A program made the translations under genes and the position numbers. From contig CAVTRL010000001.1 in assembly GCA_963737125.1 (NCBI GenBank), positions 346,699-410,698 on the forward strand: a stretch of 64,000 nt of DNA, written 5' to 3'. The stretch comes from an uncultured Chloroflexia bacterium. Its GTDB lineage: Bacteria; Chloroflexota; UBA5177. Under the pieces are notes generated by a model. That model made no database searches. It had not been told where the DNA came from and saw only the letters and a program-made list of their open reading frames with translations. Below are positions 8,351 through 18,823 of the stretch, piece by piece; positions within the stretch are counted from its first letter, which is position 1, and each line of letters starts with the position of its first letter.

Positions 8351-10048
8351 TTGAACATCGGTTTGTACCTGTATCAAATCCGACGCTGGGTTTCCTTCGC
8401 GATATTTCCCGCCGTTGTCGTAATGGGATTGGTGTATCTCTACGAACACCATGTGCCCAGGACCTATCAAACAAGCGCTTTACTCTACGTGCAGGATCCC
8501 GGCAACTCGACTCAACCGGGTGGAACCGATGTGCAGACGAGTCAGGCGCTCATCCCGACCTACAGCCAGATATTCGTGTCACCGGCCATCACCTCCGCCG
8601 TGGATGCAACTCTGGCGAAAACGTACCGGGGATACCGGATTGAGGCGCATGATCTGAAGGTTCAGGGAGTCACGACAACGCCATCCGCGCCCCTAAACAC
8701 CCAGCTTATGTCGGTTAGCGTCACCGACACGATCCCGCAACGCGCTGCGGTTGCCGCGAATACAGCGGCCAGAGCGTTTATTCGCAAGATTACCGCGATC
8801 GAAAAACAGCGGTTCAAGGGTGGGGCACGGGCGGTCGAGCAACAGCTCGCGGTCGAGAACAATAACATTCAACTCGTGTCGCGCGAGATCACGAATTACA
8901 AGGGCAGTGGCGCCGGTCTGAATAATCTCAAAGCTGAGTTGAACGCAAATCAAACCATTTATGCGACGCTCCTCACGTCATCGCAGGACTTCAACCTGGC
9001 GAGGAGCACCGCGGCCAGCGCCGTAAAGCTCATTTCTCCGGCCCCAGTTCCCACTGCAGTAGTTGGTCCGCATCCTATCCGCATCTCGGCGCTCGCGGGA
9101 TTCATAGCCCTCATACTCGGTCTGGGTCTACTGTTCCTCTACGATTACTTCGACGATACGCCCCGCACGCCGGAGCAAATCGAAGCGCTCCTGGGGGCAC
9201 CGATTTTGGGAACGGTGCAGCAGTTCGACCGAAAGCGATATGAGACCGAGTTGATCACCGCTCGACGCGCGCGATCTCCGGTATCCGAAGCGTATCGGGT
9301 GATCCGCACGAACATCCGGTTCACCGATATCGACCACCCACCGCGCACGCTCGTGATCACCAGTGCATCACCGGCGGAAGGTAAATCCACCACGGCAGCG
9401 AATCTCGCGAACGTGTTCGCCGAGGACGACAAGCGCGTCACCTTGATTGATGCAGACTTACGACGTCCCAGCTTGCATCGGATCTTCCAGGCGGAGCGCG
9501 GTGAAGGGCTGACCAACATGCTGACGAGTACCGAGGCGCTGAACGGCCATCACGGAACAAAGCAAGGGGACCGGTCCAACCTCGAACTCATTGCTTCCGG
9601 GCCCCTACCACCCCGCCCAGCCACCCTTCTGGGCTCCGATCGTATGCGCGAACTAACGCAGCACTTTGCCAATGACGCGCAAATCCTGTTGATCGACTCC
9701 CCCCCGGTGCTAGCAGTGGCCGACGCCGCGATACTGTCCACCGTCGCGGACGGAGTCCTTATGGTCGTCGATCCGGCGAAAAGTAAGAAGCGAGACCTGC
9801 GCCGCGCCCGAGAAGCGATTGAAGCCGTGGGAGGCCGTATCATCGGCATTGTCATCAATCGATTGAACAAGCGGGGCAGCAGCTACTACTACTACTATTA
9901 CCACCACAATTACGGATATCAGTATAACTACCAGTACCTCGCGCAAAAGGACAAAGTCACAGCGCTTGAAGCCGACGAAAACAGTGGCGAGATGAGCGTC
10001 CCGGCCCTATCTGGCGATTCCAGGATCGATCCAAAGGATTCGTTGTGA
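8351..10048 (+). CDS. Polysaccharide co-polymerase / BY tyrosine autokinase (Wzc/CpsCD-type), copy 2
   Basis: Collinear with 5442-7070; SEAYRVIRTNI, AEGKSTT, IDADLRRP, LLIDSPP; tail SSYYYYYYHHNYGYQYNYQY. TTG start. Confidence 0.9.
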   Translation: MNIGLYLYQIRRWVSFAIFPAVVVMGLVYLYEHHVPRTYQTSALLYVQDPGNSTQPGGTDVQTSQALIPTYSQIFVSPAITSAVDATLAKTYRGYRIEAHDLKVQGVTTTPSAPLNTQLMSVSVTDTIPQRAAVAANTAARAFIRKITAIEKQRFKGGARAVEQQLAVENNNIQLVSREITNYKGSGAGLNNLKAELNANQTIYATLLTSSQDFNLARSTAASAVKLISPAPVPTAVVGPHPIRISALAGFIALILGLGLLFLYDYFDDTPRTPEQIEALLGAPILGTVQQFDRKRYETELITARRARSPVSEAYRVIRTNIRFTDIDHPPRTLVITSASPAEGKSTTAANLANVFAEDDKRVTLIDADLRRPSLHRIFQAERGEGLTNMLTSTEALNGHHGTKQGDRSNLELIASGPLPPRPATLLGSDRMRELTQHFANDAQILLIDSPPVLAVADAAILSTVADGVLMVVDPAKSKKRDLRRAREAIEAVGGRIIGIVINRLNKRGSSYYYYYYHHNYGYQYNYQYLAQKDKVTALEADENSGEMSVPALSGDSRIDPKDSL

Positions 10049-10121
10049 CAACGATTTGTCATCGACATGTTGTGCTGGCATCCACACCGACTAGCTCGCG
10101 AAGGAGCCTGGAAAAACTGCG

Positions 10122-10853
10122 ATGATATCGCCGTTAGCCGTTGTGGAATCGGACGAAATAGGCACCGGAGTTACAGTCGGTGAGTTCGCTATCGTTCGTC
10201 GAGGCGCGAGAATTGACGACAATGTCGTGGTACATCCGCATTCAATCATCGAGAGCGGGGTGGTTGTGGGCGAGGGTGCGGAAATTTTCCCTGGTGCGTA
10301 CATTGGTAAGGAACCGAAGACCACCGGAGCCCTGGCCCGACCTCTAACCTTTCAAAAACGGGTTTCGATCGGGCGCTGGGTCCATGTCGGACCGCATGCC
10401 GTGATCTACTACGACGTCGAGATTGGTGATCTATCGCTGATCGGTGATGGAGCATCTATCAGAGAACAGAGCAGAATTGGTTCGTCTTGCGTCATAGGTC
10501 GCAACTGTACCATCAACTACGCCGTTGTAATTGGGAATCGTGTGAAGGTAATGGACCTCACGTGGCTTGCAGGCAATATGACAATTGGAAACGACGTTTT
10601 CATTTCGGGTGGCGTTCTGACCGCGAACGATAACTCATTTGACCGTTTTGGCTACGACGGTACGTCCGTAGTCGGTCCCCAAATCAAAGATGGGGCAATG
10701 ATCGGCGTGGGTGCCACACTCCTACCCGCCGTGGTGATCCATGAAAAGGCCATAGTAGGAGCTGGCTCAGTGGTGACCAGGGATGTCGCCGCTCACACGC
10801 TTGTCAATGGTATTCCGGCTCGATTTGTGCGAATGCTGGTGACGGACTCTTGA
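10122..10853 (+). CDS. Left-handed beta-helix N-acyltransferase (nucleotide-sugar, QdtC/FdtC-like context)
   Basis: Continuous hexapeptide repeats; IVGAGSVVTRDV...NGIPAR C-terminus; adjacent to a DegT-family gene. Confidence 0.85.
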   Translation: MISPLAVVESDEIGTGVTVGEFAIVRRGARIDDNVVVHPHSIIESGVVVGEGAEIFPGAYIGKEPKTTGALARPLTFQKRVSIGRWVHVGPHAVIYYDVEIGDLSLIGDGASIREQSRIGSSCVIGRNCTINYAVVIGNRVKVMDLTWLAGNMTIGNDVFISGGVLTANDNSFDRFGYDGTSVVGPQIKDGAMIGVGATLLPAVVIHEKAIVGAGSVVTRDVAAHTLVNGIPARFVRMLVTDS

Positions 10854-10927
10854 CTGGTCAACGAGATAGGGAAAGACATCATACGCCTCGGTCAGCACGG
10901 GGAGATTAGCCGATTCCAACCGGCAGG

Positions 10928-12100
10928 GTGAGCGAACGCATGTCGACGACTCCAACCGTTCCCTTCCTCGACCTGCAAGCTCCGTATAACGAGTTGCGCT
11001 CGCAGATCGATGCGGCCATGAGTCGGGTGCTGCGCAGCGGTTGGTACTTACTTGCAAGCGAGCTTTCCGTCTTCGAAGACGCGTATGCCCGCTACACCGG
11101 GGCAAAGTACTGCGTCGGGGTCGCCAATGGCCTGGATGCGCTGACGCTTTCCCTACTCGCGATGGATATTGGCGCCGGCGACGAGGTCATCGTTCCCAGC
11201 AATACGTACATCGCAACGTGGCTGGCAGTAACCCGCGCCGGCGCAACTCCGGTACCGGTCGAACCGGACGAAGCCACCTACAACCTGGATCCACGAGCGA
11301 TAGAAGCGGCGATCACCGAGCGCACAGCCGCAATTCTGCCTGTACACCTGTACGGCCAGCCGGCGGATATCGACCCGATTATCAACCTCGCACGACGACA
11401 CGGCCTCAAAGTGCTGGACGATGCGGCGCAAGCACACGGTGCGCGCTATAAGGACCTGCCTATTGGCGCTCTGACCGATGCAACCGCGTGGAGTTTCTAT
11501 CCCGGTAAGAACCTGGGCGCAGTAGGAGATGCCGGCGCCGTTACCACGAACGACGATGCGCTGGCCGACCGCCTGCGCGTACTGCGCAACTATGGGTCAC
11601 GCGTCAAATACGTCAACGAGGTCCTGGGATACAATAGTCGGCTCGACGAGGTGCAGGCGGCCGTTCTGACAGTGAAGCTCGACTTCCTGGCTGAGTGGAA
11701 TGGCAGACGGCGCGCTATCGCCGATCGTTACCTGGAGGGCCTGCGCGACACCCCGCTTGGTCTTCCCCAGATACCGACGTGGGTGCAACCCGCCTGGCAC
11801 GTCTTCGTCATTCGCTCCCCCGGCCGCGATGAACTGCAACGGTATCTGCGCGACTGCGGAGTTCAAACGCTCATTCATTATCCGGTTCCTCCGCACCTGC
11901 AGGAAGCATATGCGCCACTCGGATTGCGCCGGGGAAGCTTTCCGATCAGTGAATTGATGCATCGAGAGGTACTCAGCTTGCCCATCGGACCGCACATGAC
12001 GTCCGAACAGGCCGATACCGTGATCGACTCGGTATGCGGCTGGTTCGCCGGCGCACCGGCACCGGCCGGCAGTGGCAACTGCCGCTCGGCGACCTCATGA
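10928..12100 (+). CDS. DegT/DnrJ/EryC1/StrS PLP aminotransferase (FdtB/QdtB-like)
   Basis: [38 protein letters not shown] (PLP Lys), [22 protein letters not shown]. Confidence 0.9.
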   Translation: MSERMSTTPTVPFLDLQAPYNELRSQIDAAMSRVLRSGWYLLASELSVFEDAYARYTGAKYCVGVANGLDALTLSLLAMDIGAGDEVIVPSNTYIATWLAVTRAGATPVPVEPDEATYNLDPRAIEAAITERTAAILPVHLYGQPADIDPIINLARRHGLKVLDDAAQAHGARYKDLPIGALTDATAWSFYPGKNLGAVGDAGAVTTNDDALADRLRVLRNYGSRVKYVNEVLGYNSRLDEVQAAVLTVKLDFLAEWNGRRRAIADRYLEGLRDTPLGLPQIPTWVQPAWHVFVIRSPGRDELQRYLRDCGVQTLIHYPVPPHLQEAYAPLGLRRGSFPISELMHREVLSLPIGPHMTSEQADTVIDSVCGWFAGAPAPAGSGNCRSATS

Positions 12101-12741
12101 TGAACGCTGGACTCCGGTCAGAGATGCTGAGAAAGACCCGGCACGTCATCCGGCGTCCAATTCTGCTCTATGCGCCATGGCTCCGATTCGTTTCTCCACT
12201 GCGGCGTCTGCGGCTCCTTGCACAGGTCAAGATCAACGGAGCGTCGGTTTTCTGCGCTGAGGATGTAGTCTTTCAGCACCCGGTGGAATTTCAGGGAGCA
12301 GGTCGGTTGATCCTTAGCGGAGGTGCTCAGCTCGGTTACCGTGGAGCGGGCCACATACGAACGCCGATATTGTTGCAACCACGCGATGCCGGCTCCGAAA
12401 TCAGGATCGGCCGGAAGAGCGCTGTGATGAACGGCTCCGAGCTCATCGCGCGAACCTCGATATCGATCGGTCAAGACTGCTTGATTGGTCCCGGCACCGT
12501 CATCATCGATGCTGATTTTCATGGTATCGCTCCCGATGCTCGACTTGAGCCAGGCTTAACGCTCCCGGTGGTGATTGGTGACAACGTCTTTGTCGGAACT
12601 GGAGCGATGATCTTGAAGGGCGTACAAGTCGGATCGGATGCCGTGATCGCAGCGGGTTGCGTGGTGTCGAAGGATGTGCCTGCCGGTGCCAAAGTCGCGG
12701 GTAACCCCATGAAGATCATTGGATCCGTATACCCGGATTGA
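12097..12741 (+). CDS. Hexapeptide-repeat O-acyltransferase (maltose/galactoside acetyltransferase family)
   Basis: IIDADFHG...[11 protein letters not shown]...[13 protein letters not shown]...VAGNP. ATG 12097 overlaps the upstream TGA (ATGA). Confidence 0.8.
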   Translation: MMNAGLRSEMLRKTRHVIRRPILLYAPWLRFVSPLRRLRLLAQVKINGASVFCAEDVVFQHPVEFQGAGRLILSGGAQLGYRGAGHIRTPILLQPRDAGSEIRIGRKSAVMNGSELIARTSISIGQDCLIGPGTVIIDADFHGIAPDARLEPGLTLPVVIGDNVFVGTGAMILKGVQVGSDAVIAAGCVVSKDVPAGAKVAGNPMKIIGSVYPD

Positions 12742-12743
12742 AA

Positions 12744-14052
12744 TTACTGTGCCGCCGGCATACCTGTATTGCCCGAAGCCGTGGGCAGAGCCAGTGCTCC
12801 AACTGCGTCCTCAGTATTCGCAATGTTCTCCCGGAACTGTGCCACGAGAGGGGTTGCCTGCCAACGATCCTCACGTTCGCCGTGATTCAACACGTAGAGA
12901 CCGAGTTCGACTCGATACTCGTCCGCGGGACGCGTGCCGAACCGGTAACGCCACTCGAACATGGTCGTCATGGGAAACCAGGTGTAGCCGATTACCGGAA
13001 TTCCTTGCCCACGTAACTGCTTGACTGCCGCTATTGACTCCTTCAGCCACTTCGAGCGCGTCGCATGGAGGCCGTAGGCACTGGTTTCAGTGACCATGAC
13101 GGACGCCCCGTAGCGTTGATGCGCGTCGGTCAACAACTCCACGAAGCCGGCGCCATCCTTTTCAACGGCTCGTGGTCGCATCCGGCCGGAACGACTGGCA
13201 TACAGTTCGACGGTTGACCACTGTGGGTAAAAGTTCAAGCCGACAACGTCGAGCGAAATCGCCTGCCGCTGCAGCTCGGCCAGGTCATGGAGAGATGCAT
13301 TGTTTCGTACCAGCCAGGAATAGAGTGGATGGCCGGGCGTAATGCGTCCGGTGATGAGCTCGTAGCTTAAAAAATTTTGCGCCTGCGCCTCCTCGGCCAG
13401 CACGTTCAACTCTGGAACGGACGCACGGGTCAGACCTGCTGCCTCGACGTGGACCATAGTGGCACGGGAATCCACACCTTTGATGGCGTGTACCGTGCGA
13501 ACGATGCCCCTGGCAAGCTGCATCATCATCTGCACGTAGCCGCGTTCACCCCGGAGATACGGTGGCCAGAGGCCGCGTCTTCCGCACCACACCGAGTTGA
13601 TCAGTGGTTCGTTCAAGGGCGTATACCAGGAAACGAGATCGTGGTAACGCCGGGCGAACGCTTCAGCGTACGAAGCAACCGCGCTCGGATACTCCGGATT
13701 GGCGAATTCCCGATCCAGCCAGAGAGGACAGCCGTAGTGCATGAGATCGACGATCGGCATGACGTGCAGGTCGTTCACAAGATATGGCAGCACTTGATCG
13801 GTCCAGCTCCAGTCAAACTGTCCCGGTTGAGGCTCGACCCGGTACCAGGGGACGCCCCATCTCAGAGCTTGCACGCCGAGGTCTGATGCATAGTGCAAGG
13901 TCTTCACGCCAATGACGATAGTGATCGATGAGCTCGTATTCATCCAGTGGCCGATGGCCACGTTTGGTCTGCGGGATAAACGTGTCTTCGATGCCGCTCG
14001 CCCAGAGAAAATTTTTGTGTGGATCGTGGTCGAAATTCTCGCCAGATTGCAT
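12744..14052 (-). pseudogene. Glycoside hydrolase family 1 protein split by a 1-bp insertion (pseudogene or sequencing error)
   Basis: N-terminus FLWASGIEDT...HYRHWREDLAL (ORF 13813-14052) joins ASDLGVQALRWGVPW (ORF 12744-13961) if A13890 is removed. Catalytic motifs TPLNEP and VTETS are intact. Confidence 0.8.
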
Positions 14053-14526
14053 TGACTATCCCTTCAGGCCGGTAAATGAAACGCCCCGCACGACATGCTT
14101 CTGGGCAAAGAGAAACGCAACGTGGTAGCTATGCTTCCAGGAAAGTCCTTGCTGCAAGACTCGATTCTCGCACCCATAGCTCACGCCAGCACTCTCGTCA
14201 GCGTGGATGCCGCGCACGGTTGCTGCCGGCAGTTGCTGTGAACACGATGAGCAGCAAAGAACTCAGTTGCACAGTCAAGACACTCCCATCTGTCAAACAC
14301 CAAACGCTGCTCCCAGGCGAATATCGAGTGTCCCAGACTGGCGCAGTCGAGTCAACTGGTCCCCGGTCGGATGCGGTGTCGCTAGCTCAGAGGCGCCATC
14401 TGAATTATCGTGAGCCGATCCTTCTTGGAGCAATAGCTTCTTAAGACGTTGGTAGGGAATACCTTGTGGTGCCGCTGACCCGGCTGGCCCCAAAGTTGCT
14501 GTGGTACGGCCGACAGGAGGAAGCCT

Positions 14527-14688
14527 TTGAAAAAGGGGCCGGTTGCAGCCCTTATCGTCGCCGTCTTTGCTCTGGCGTTGTGGCTGTATAGCGGCACACA
14601 GAACCAGCGGGGCTTGACCGACGATCGCGCAACCGTCTCCGCTCAGATGACCTCCGTCGCCAAACCTACTCCGACACTCACGCCGTAA
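14527..14688 (+). CDS. Small single-TM protein (53 aa)
   Basis: Below the ORF-track cutoff. AGGAGG 6 nt before TTG; MKKGPVAALIVAVFALALWLYSG...PTPTLTP; ends 20 bp before the Nramp gene. Confidence 0.5.
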   Translation: MKKGPVAALIVAVFALALWLYSGTQNQRGLTDDRATVSAQMTSVAKPTPTLTP

Positions 14689-14708
14689 AGCGGGCTGGGG
14701 CGATACGA

Positions 14709-15938
14709 ATGGGTAAAGTTTCGAGTCTGGCACTCGGTATCGTGACTGCGGTTGGCGGCTTCGTGGATATGGGCGAACTGGTCACGTGTTCCCAGGCGGG
14801 AGCTCAGTACCGCTTCGGTCTGCTGTGGACAATTGTGGTTGGAACGCTGGGGATCATCGTGTTCGCCGACATGTCGGGCAGGGTGGCCATCGCTTCGGGA
14901 CGTTCCATCTTCGATGTGCTACGCGAGCGATTGGGCTTCCGGCTGGCGCTGATTCCCCTCATTGTCTCCAGCCTGGTCAATGTCCTCACGATCGTCATCG
15001 AAATCTCCGGCATGGCGCTCGCCATCGAAATCCTGACCGGACTGTCGTATCTGTGGTGGATTCCGCTTATGGGACTGCTGGTAGTTGTCATCCTCTGGTT
15101 CGCGTCGTTCTCTTTCATCGAGAATGCCGCGTCACTGCTCGGGCTGGTCATCCTGGTCTTTGTCGTCGCGGCGATTAAACTCTCGCCACCATGGGGAGAG
15201 GTAGCCAGGGGAATGGTGTTTCCTTCCATTCCCTCGGGAGTCAGCCTGACATCGTACGGTTTTGCCGCGATCGCACTGCTCGGCGCCTTCATGACGCCCT
15301 ACGAGATATACTTCTACTCCTCCGGAGCAATCGAGGAAAAGTGGACCGGTAAAGACATCATCACCAACCGTGCAACTACGTTTGTGGGGTTTACCTTTGG
15401 ATCGCTCATCGTCGTGGCGATGATGGTGGTGGCGGCACAAACCTTTTTCGTTCACGGTTTGCAACCGGCGAGCTTTGAAGGTATCCGCATTCCACTGGTG
15501 GACGCGCTCGGGGAAGTCGGACTGGCGGGGTTCCTGATCGGCGCATTTGCCGTGACCGCGGGCGCAGCGTTTGAATCGACACTGTCTACAACCTATACGC
15601 TCTGCCAGTACTTTGGTTGGGACTGGGGACAGGCTCACAACCCCAAAGACGCGCCAGCCTTCACCTTCCTCTATATCGCTGCCATTGGTGCTGCCGTATT
15701 AATAGCGTTTACCGGGATCGACCCAATCAAGCTCACGATCTATACCACCGCGCTCGCCGCGTTCTCATTGCCCTTCACGTTCGTGCCGCTCCTCGTCATT
15801 GCAAACGACGAGCAGTATATGGGAGATCAACGTAACAGCCGTCTGGCAAACATCACGAGCGGCTTCTTTGTCCTGGTGTTGTGCGTCGTCACGATTGCGA
15901 CCATTCCACTCTTCATTTTGAGCGGCGGGGGAGGGTAA
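14709..15938 (+). CDS. Nramp/MntH-like divalent cation transporter (non-canonical motifs)
   Basis: About 11 TMs; TM1 GGFVDMGE, QAGAQYRFGLLW, TM6 GAFMTPYEIYFYSS, C-terminal IANDEQYMG. Confidence 0.85.
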   Translation: MGKVSSLALGIVTAVGGFVDMGELVTCSQAGAQYRFGLLWTIVVGTLGIIVFADMSGRVAIASGRSIFDVLRERLGFRLALIPLIVSSLVNVLTIVIEISGMALAIEILTGLSYLWWIPLMGLLVVVILWFASFSFIENAASLLGLVILVFVVAAIKLSPPWGEVARGMVFPSIPSGVSLTSYGFAAIALLGAFMTPYEIYFYSSGAIEEKWTGKDIITNRATTFVGFTFGSLIVVAMMVVAAQTFFVHGLQPASFEGIRIPLVDALGEVGLAGFLIGAFAVTAGAAFESTLSTTYTLCQYFGWDWGQAHNPKDAPAFTFLYIAAIGAAVLIAFTGIDPIKLTIYTTALAAFSLPFTFVPLLVIANDEQYMGDQRNSRLANITSGFFVLVLCVVTIATIPLFILSGGGG

Positions 15939-15939
15939 C

Positions 15940-16308
15940 GTGTTCCTGGCACGTCAGGTGCTTGATCTGGGGCTCGTGGATCGCTCGGGTAGGAAAATTG
16001 GGAAAGTCGATGATATCGTCCTGCAACTGCGGGATGGCCGGCCACCCGTTGTACACGCTATCCGTGGAGGGCGCGGTGCGCTTGCCCAGTACCTCCCCGT
16101 TTCAGTTCAACGGATTGCTGCCTGGCTAAGGGCCGGCATTCTGGGTGAAGAGGGCATGCAGCCACCAGGTGAAATCGGATGGGAGCATGTCAATCAGATC
16201 GATGTGGTCGTCCATCTAGATCTGGACCGCGCGAACGTAGGCTTGCTGCGGACCGAAACCGCGATCTGGGATCGATGGATACGGCGAATACCGTGGGCCG
16301 AACGATGA
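15940..16308 (+). CDS. PRC-barrel-like protein
   Basis: VLDLGLVDRSGRKIGKVDDIVL PRC motif; 1 bp after the Nramp stop. Confidence 0.7.
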   Translation: MFLARQVLDLGLVDRSGRKIGKVDDIVLQLRDGRPPVVHAIRGGRGALAQYLPVSVQRIAAWLRAGILGEEGMQPPGEIGWEHVNQIDVVVHLDLDRANVGLLRTETAIWDRWIRRIPWAER

Positions 16309-16571
16309 ACGAGATGCAGACCATCACCGCCCAATCACTGCTGGGGCGAAAGGTCGTCGACATCAATGGAAGAAAAATCGGCCGGGTCTACGATTTGCGT
16401 GCCGAACACGTAGACGGTGAGCTGTGTATCACGCATTTACTGGTAGGGCCACGTACCTGGCTTGAACGGTTTGGTTGGGCCAGGGGCGATGATGGGAAGA
16501 AAGTTGCCTGGGATCAAATCGAGATCTTGCCTGACGAACTCCGGCTGCAAAACGAGCGAGGGAATCGATGA
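16305..16571 (+). CDS. PRC-barrel domain protein
   Basis: LLGRKVVDINGRKIGRVYDL...VAWDQI; ATGA overlap with the previous stop. Confidence 0.75.
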   Translation: MNEMQTITAQSLLGRKVVDINGRKIGRVYDLRAEHVDGELCITHLLVGPRTWLERFGWARGDDGKKVAWDQIEILPDELRLQNERGNR

Positions 16572-16759
16572 CGGCGGTAGAGTGGGTGGCCACGAGTTCA
16601 ACGCTGCTATCGCTGGTTGCGTTTGCCGGCTACGTCGTGTCGCTGATACGCTCGCCGTCCAGTGGCCGTCCGCGAACCCCCGTGTACGATCGCTTCGGTC
16701 AGGAGATGCCGCCGGATGAGAATCCCGGCTACAAGGAAACCGAACACGAGCACCACTAA
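16568..16759 (+). CDS. Small membrane protein (63 aa)
   Basis: ATGA overlap with the upstream gene; one TM; His-rich end (EHEHH). Confidence 0.45.
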   Translation: MTAVEWVATSSTLLSLVAFAGYVVSLIRSPSSGRPRTPVYDRFGQEMPPDENPGYKETEHEHH

Positions 16760-16879
16760 GGCATGTTTTCGGTGCGCCGGAAAGATTCGAGATTCACCTG
16801 AAGTAGACCGGCCAATCGTAGCTTCGGTCAAGCTGTCGGGATTAGCATGTAGCCATCCAATATTCCACGAGCAGGGGAG

Positions 16880-17794
16880 GTGAGTAGGGAGATGCGTATC
16901 GCTTCACTGCTGCCGAGCGCAACCGAGATCCTGTTTGCGATTGGTGCCGGGGATGAGGTGATCGCGGTCACCCACGAGTGTGACTTTCCGGCCGGGACAC
17001 AACGCCTTCCTCAACTTACATCCAGTGCGATCGATCACGACGGCCAAACGTGCGATGCAATCGATCGTCACATTCGTGCCGCCGTTCACAATGGATCGAG
17101 TATCTACCGGCTCGACGAGGCACTGTTGGCGCGTTTGGCGCCCGATCTCGTGCTGACGCAGGAACTGTGCGAAGTCTGCGCCGTATCGTATTCGCAGGTC
17201 GAAACAGCAGTGCAACGGTTAGCGAGTACCATCCCCGTTCTGTCGCTCGAACCGAATTCCCTCGAAGATATTTTTCGGACGATTGAGGTGGTGGGCGAGG
17301 CGGTGGGAAGGCCAACGCAGGCTGGTGACGTGGCGCGCACGCTTCGTCACCGCGTGACGGAAATCGGCGCCCTGCCCGCCCCGCAGCCTGTGCCCCGCGT
17401 GGTTTGCATCGAGTGGACCGATCCGATCATGGCGGGTGGTCACTGGGTACCGGAAATGGTCAGCCTGGCAGGAGGGAGCGATCCGCTCGGTGTTGCCGGC
17501 GCGCCTTCTTCGTACGTGTCATGGGATCGGGTAGTCGCGGCCGATCCCGATATTCTCGTACTCATGCCATGCGGTTACACGCTGGAGCAAACGCTCGCCG
17601 TGGCCGGCGATATCACCGCTCGCCCGGAGTTCGCGACGTTGTCGTGTGCCCGCACCGGACGGGTCGTCGCCGTCGACGGATCGAGCTACTTCAATCGACC
17701 TGGGCCTCGAATCGTACACGGATTGGAAATACTCGCGGCCGCCATGCGTGGCTGCGTGGGCGACTCGCTGCCCTCGGGAGCACGCTGGATATAA
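16880..17794 (+). CDS. Cobalamin/iron-siderophore-type substrate-binding protein (BtuF-like, stand-alone)
   Basis: MRIASLLPSATEIL, VTHECDFP, PDLVLTQELCEVCAV, GGHWVPEMV, YFNRPGPRI. Confidence 0.85.
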   Translation: MSREMRIASLLPSATEILFAIGAGDEVIAVTHECDFPAGTQRLPQLTSSAIDHDGQTCDAIDRHIRAAVHNGSSIYRLDEALLARLAPDLVLTQELCEVCAVSYSQVETAVQRLASTIPVLSLEPNSLEDIFRTIEVVGEAVGRPTQAGDVARTLRHRVTEIGALPAPQPVPRVVCIEWTDPIMAGGHWVPEMVSLAGGSDPLGVAGAPSSYVSWDRVVAADPDILVLMPCGYTLEQTLAVAGDITARPEFATLSCARTGRVVAVDGSSYFNRPGPRIVHGLEILAAAMRGCVGDSLPSGARWI

Positions 17795-18049
17795 GCCATC
17801 GCGCCGTTTGGCATGTCGATTTCTCTGCTTCCCGTTCGATGCATTGGTAGAACCAGTGGACGCGTTGAGTTCCACGTCCCGGCGAACCGGGCCATGCCGG
17901 ATCAATCGACGTCACTGCAAACGCCCGGATAGTGAACATCTGCGTGCCGCTGAGATGGCTTTGCAGAGGAGGAAGCAGCAATACCGTAGGCGAAGAACCG
18001 ACGCCGTACATCACACGCACCCTTCAGCATCTACATCGAGGAGATTCGC

Positions 18050-18619
18050 ATGAGAAGAGTTATTGTTTCTGAATTCCTATCGTTGGACGGCGTCATGGAG
18101 GACCCTGGTGGCGCGGAGCACTTCGAGCACGGCGGCTGGAGCAGGGGGTTCTGGGACGATGAGATCGGTAAGTTCAAGTACGGAGAGCTCTTTGCCGCCG
18201 ATGCGCTTCTCCTGGGACGGATTACTTACGAGGGTTTCGCTGCTGCCTGGCCATCCCAAACCGATGAGGCCGGCTTTGCCGATCGGATGAACACTCTGCC
18301 CAAGTATGTCGCCTCGGGGCGCACGGAACCGCTCGCGTGGAACAACTCGCACACCATTCGGGGGGACGTGGCGGACGAGGTAAGGCGACTGAAGGAGCGA
18401 TCTGGCGACGATATTGTGGTCTTCGGAAGCGGAGAGCTAGCGCGCTATCTCATTCGGCACGATCTCGTCGACGAGTACCGGCTTCTGGTCTATCCCATCG
18501 TGCTCGGCAGTGGCAAGCGACTCTTTGGTGACGGAGTGAGTGTGACGCTCCAACTGACCGACTCGAAGGCGTTCCCGTCAGGCGTGGTCGCGCTGACGTA
18601 CAAGCCGGTAGCCAGGTAG
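18050..18619 (+). CDS. Dihydrofolate reductase / RibD C-terminal family protein
   Basis: EFLSLDGVMEDP, LLLGRITYEGF, VVFGSGEL, LVDEYRLLVYPIVLGSGKRLF; GAGGAG SD. Confidence 0.9.
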   Translation: MRRVIVSEFLSLDGVMEDPGGAEHFEHGGWSRGFWDDEIGKFKYGELFAADALLLGRITYEGFAAAWPSQTDEAGFADRMNTLPKYVASGRTEPLAWNNSHTIRGDVADEVRRLKERSGDDIVVFGSGELARYLIRHDLVDEYRLLVYPIVLGSGKRLFGDGVSVTLQLTDSKAFPSGVVALTYKPVAR

Positions 18620-18823
18620 TACCCATGCTCGGCCCGAACCAGGGGCATGGAGCACCATCAAATCGGTGCGATCGATGCATCGGAGCAGGTTTGTAACGAA
18701 CCGACTGGTACAGTGGCCTCCGAGCGAGATACATGCGGGCTTCCCCATTGCGTGATGACCGCACCTGTAGCCGGTGCGCATGTCCGCGTCGACAGGGAAT
18801 CGGATTGGCAGAGACGCTCGCCC

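Noticed and set aside
9883-9903. (TAC)n microsatellite as a contingency repeat
   Set aside because: It encodes the functional Tyr cluster of the BY-kinase.
16760-16880. Cobalamin riboswitch upstream of the BtuF-like gene
   Set aside because: The region is short and has no B12-box or conserved GGGAA/GCCACTG elements.
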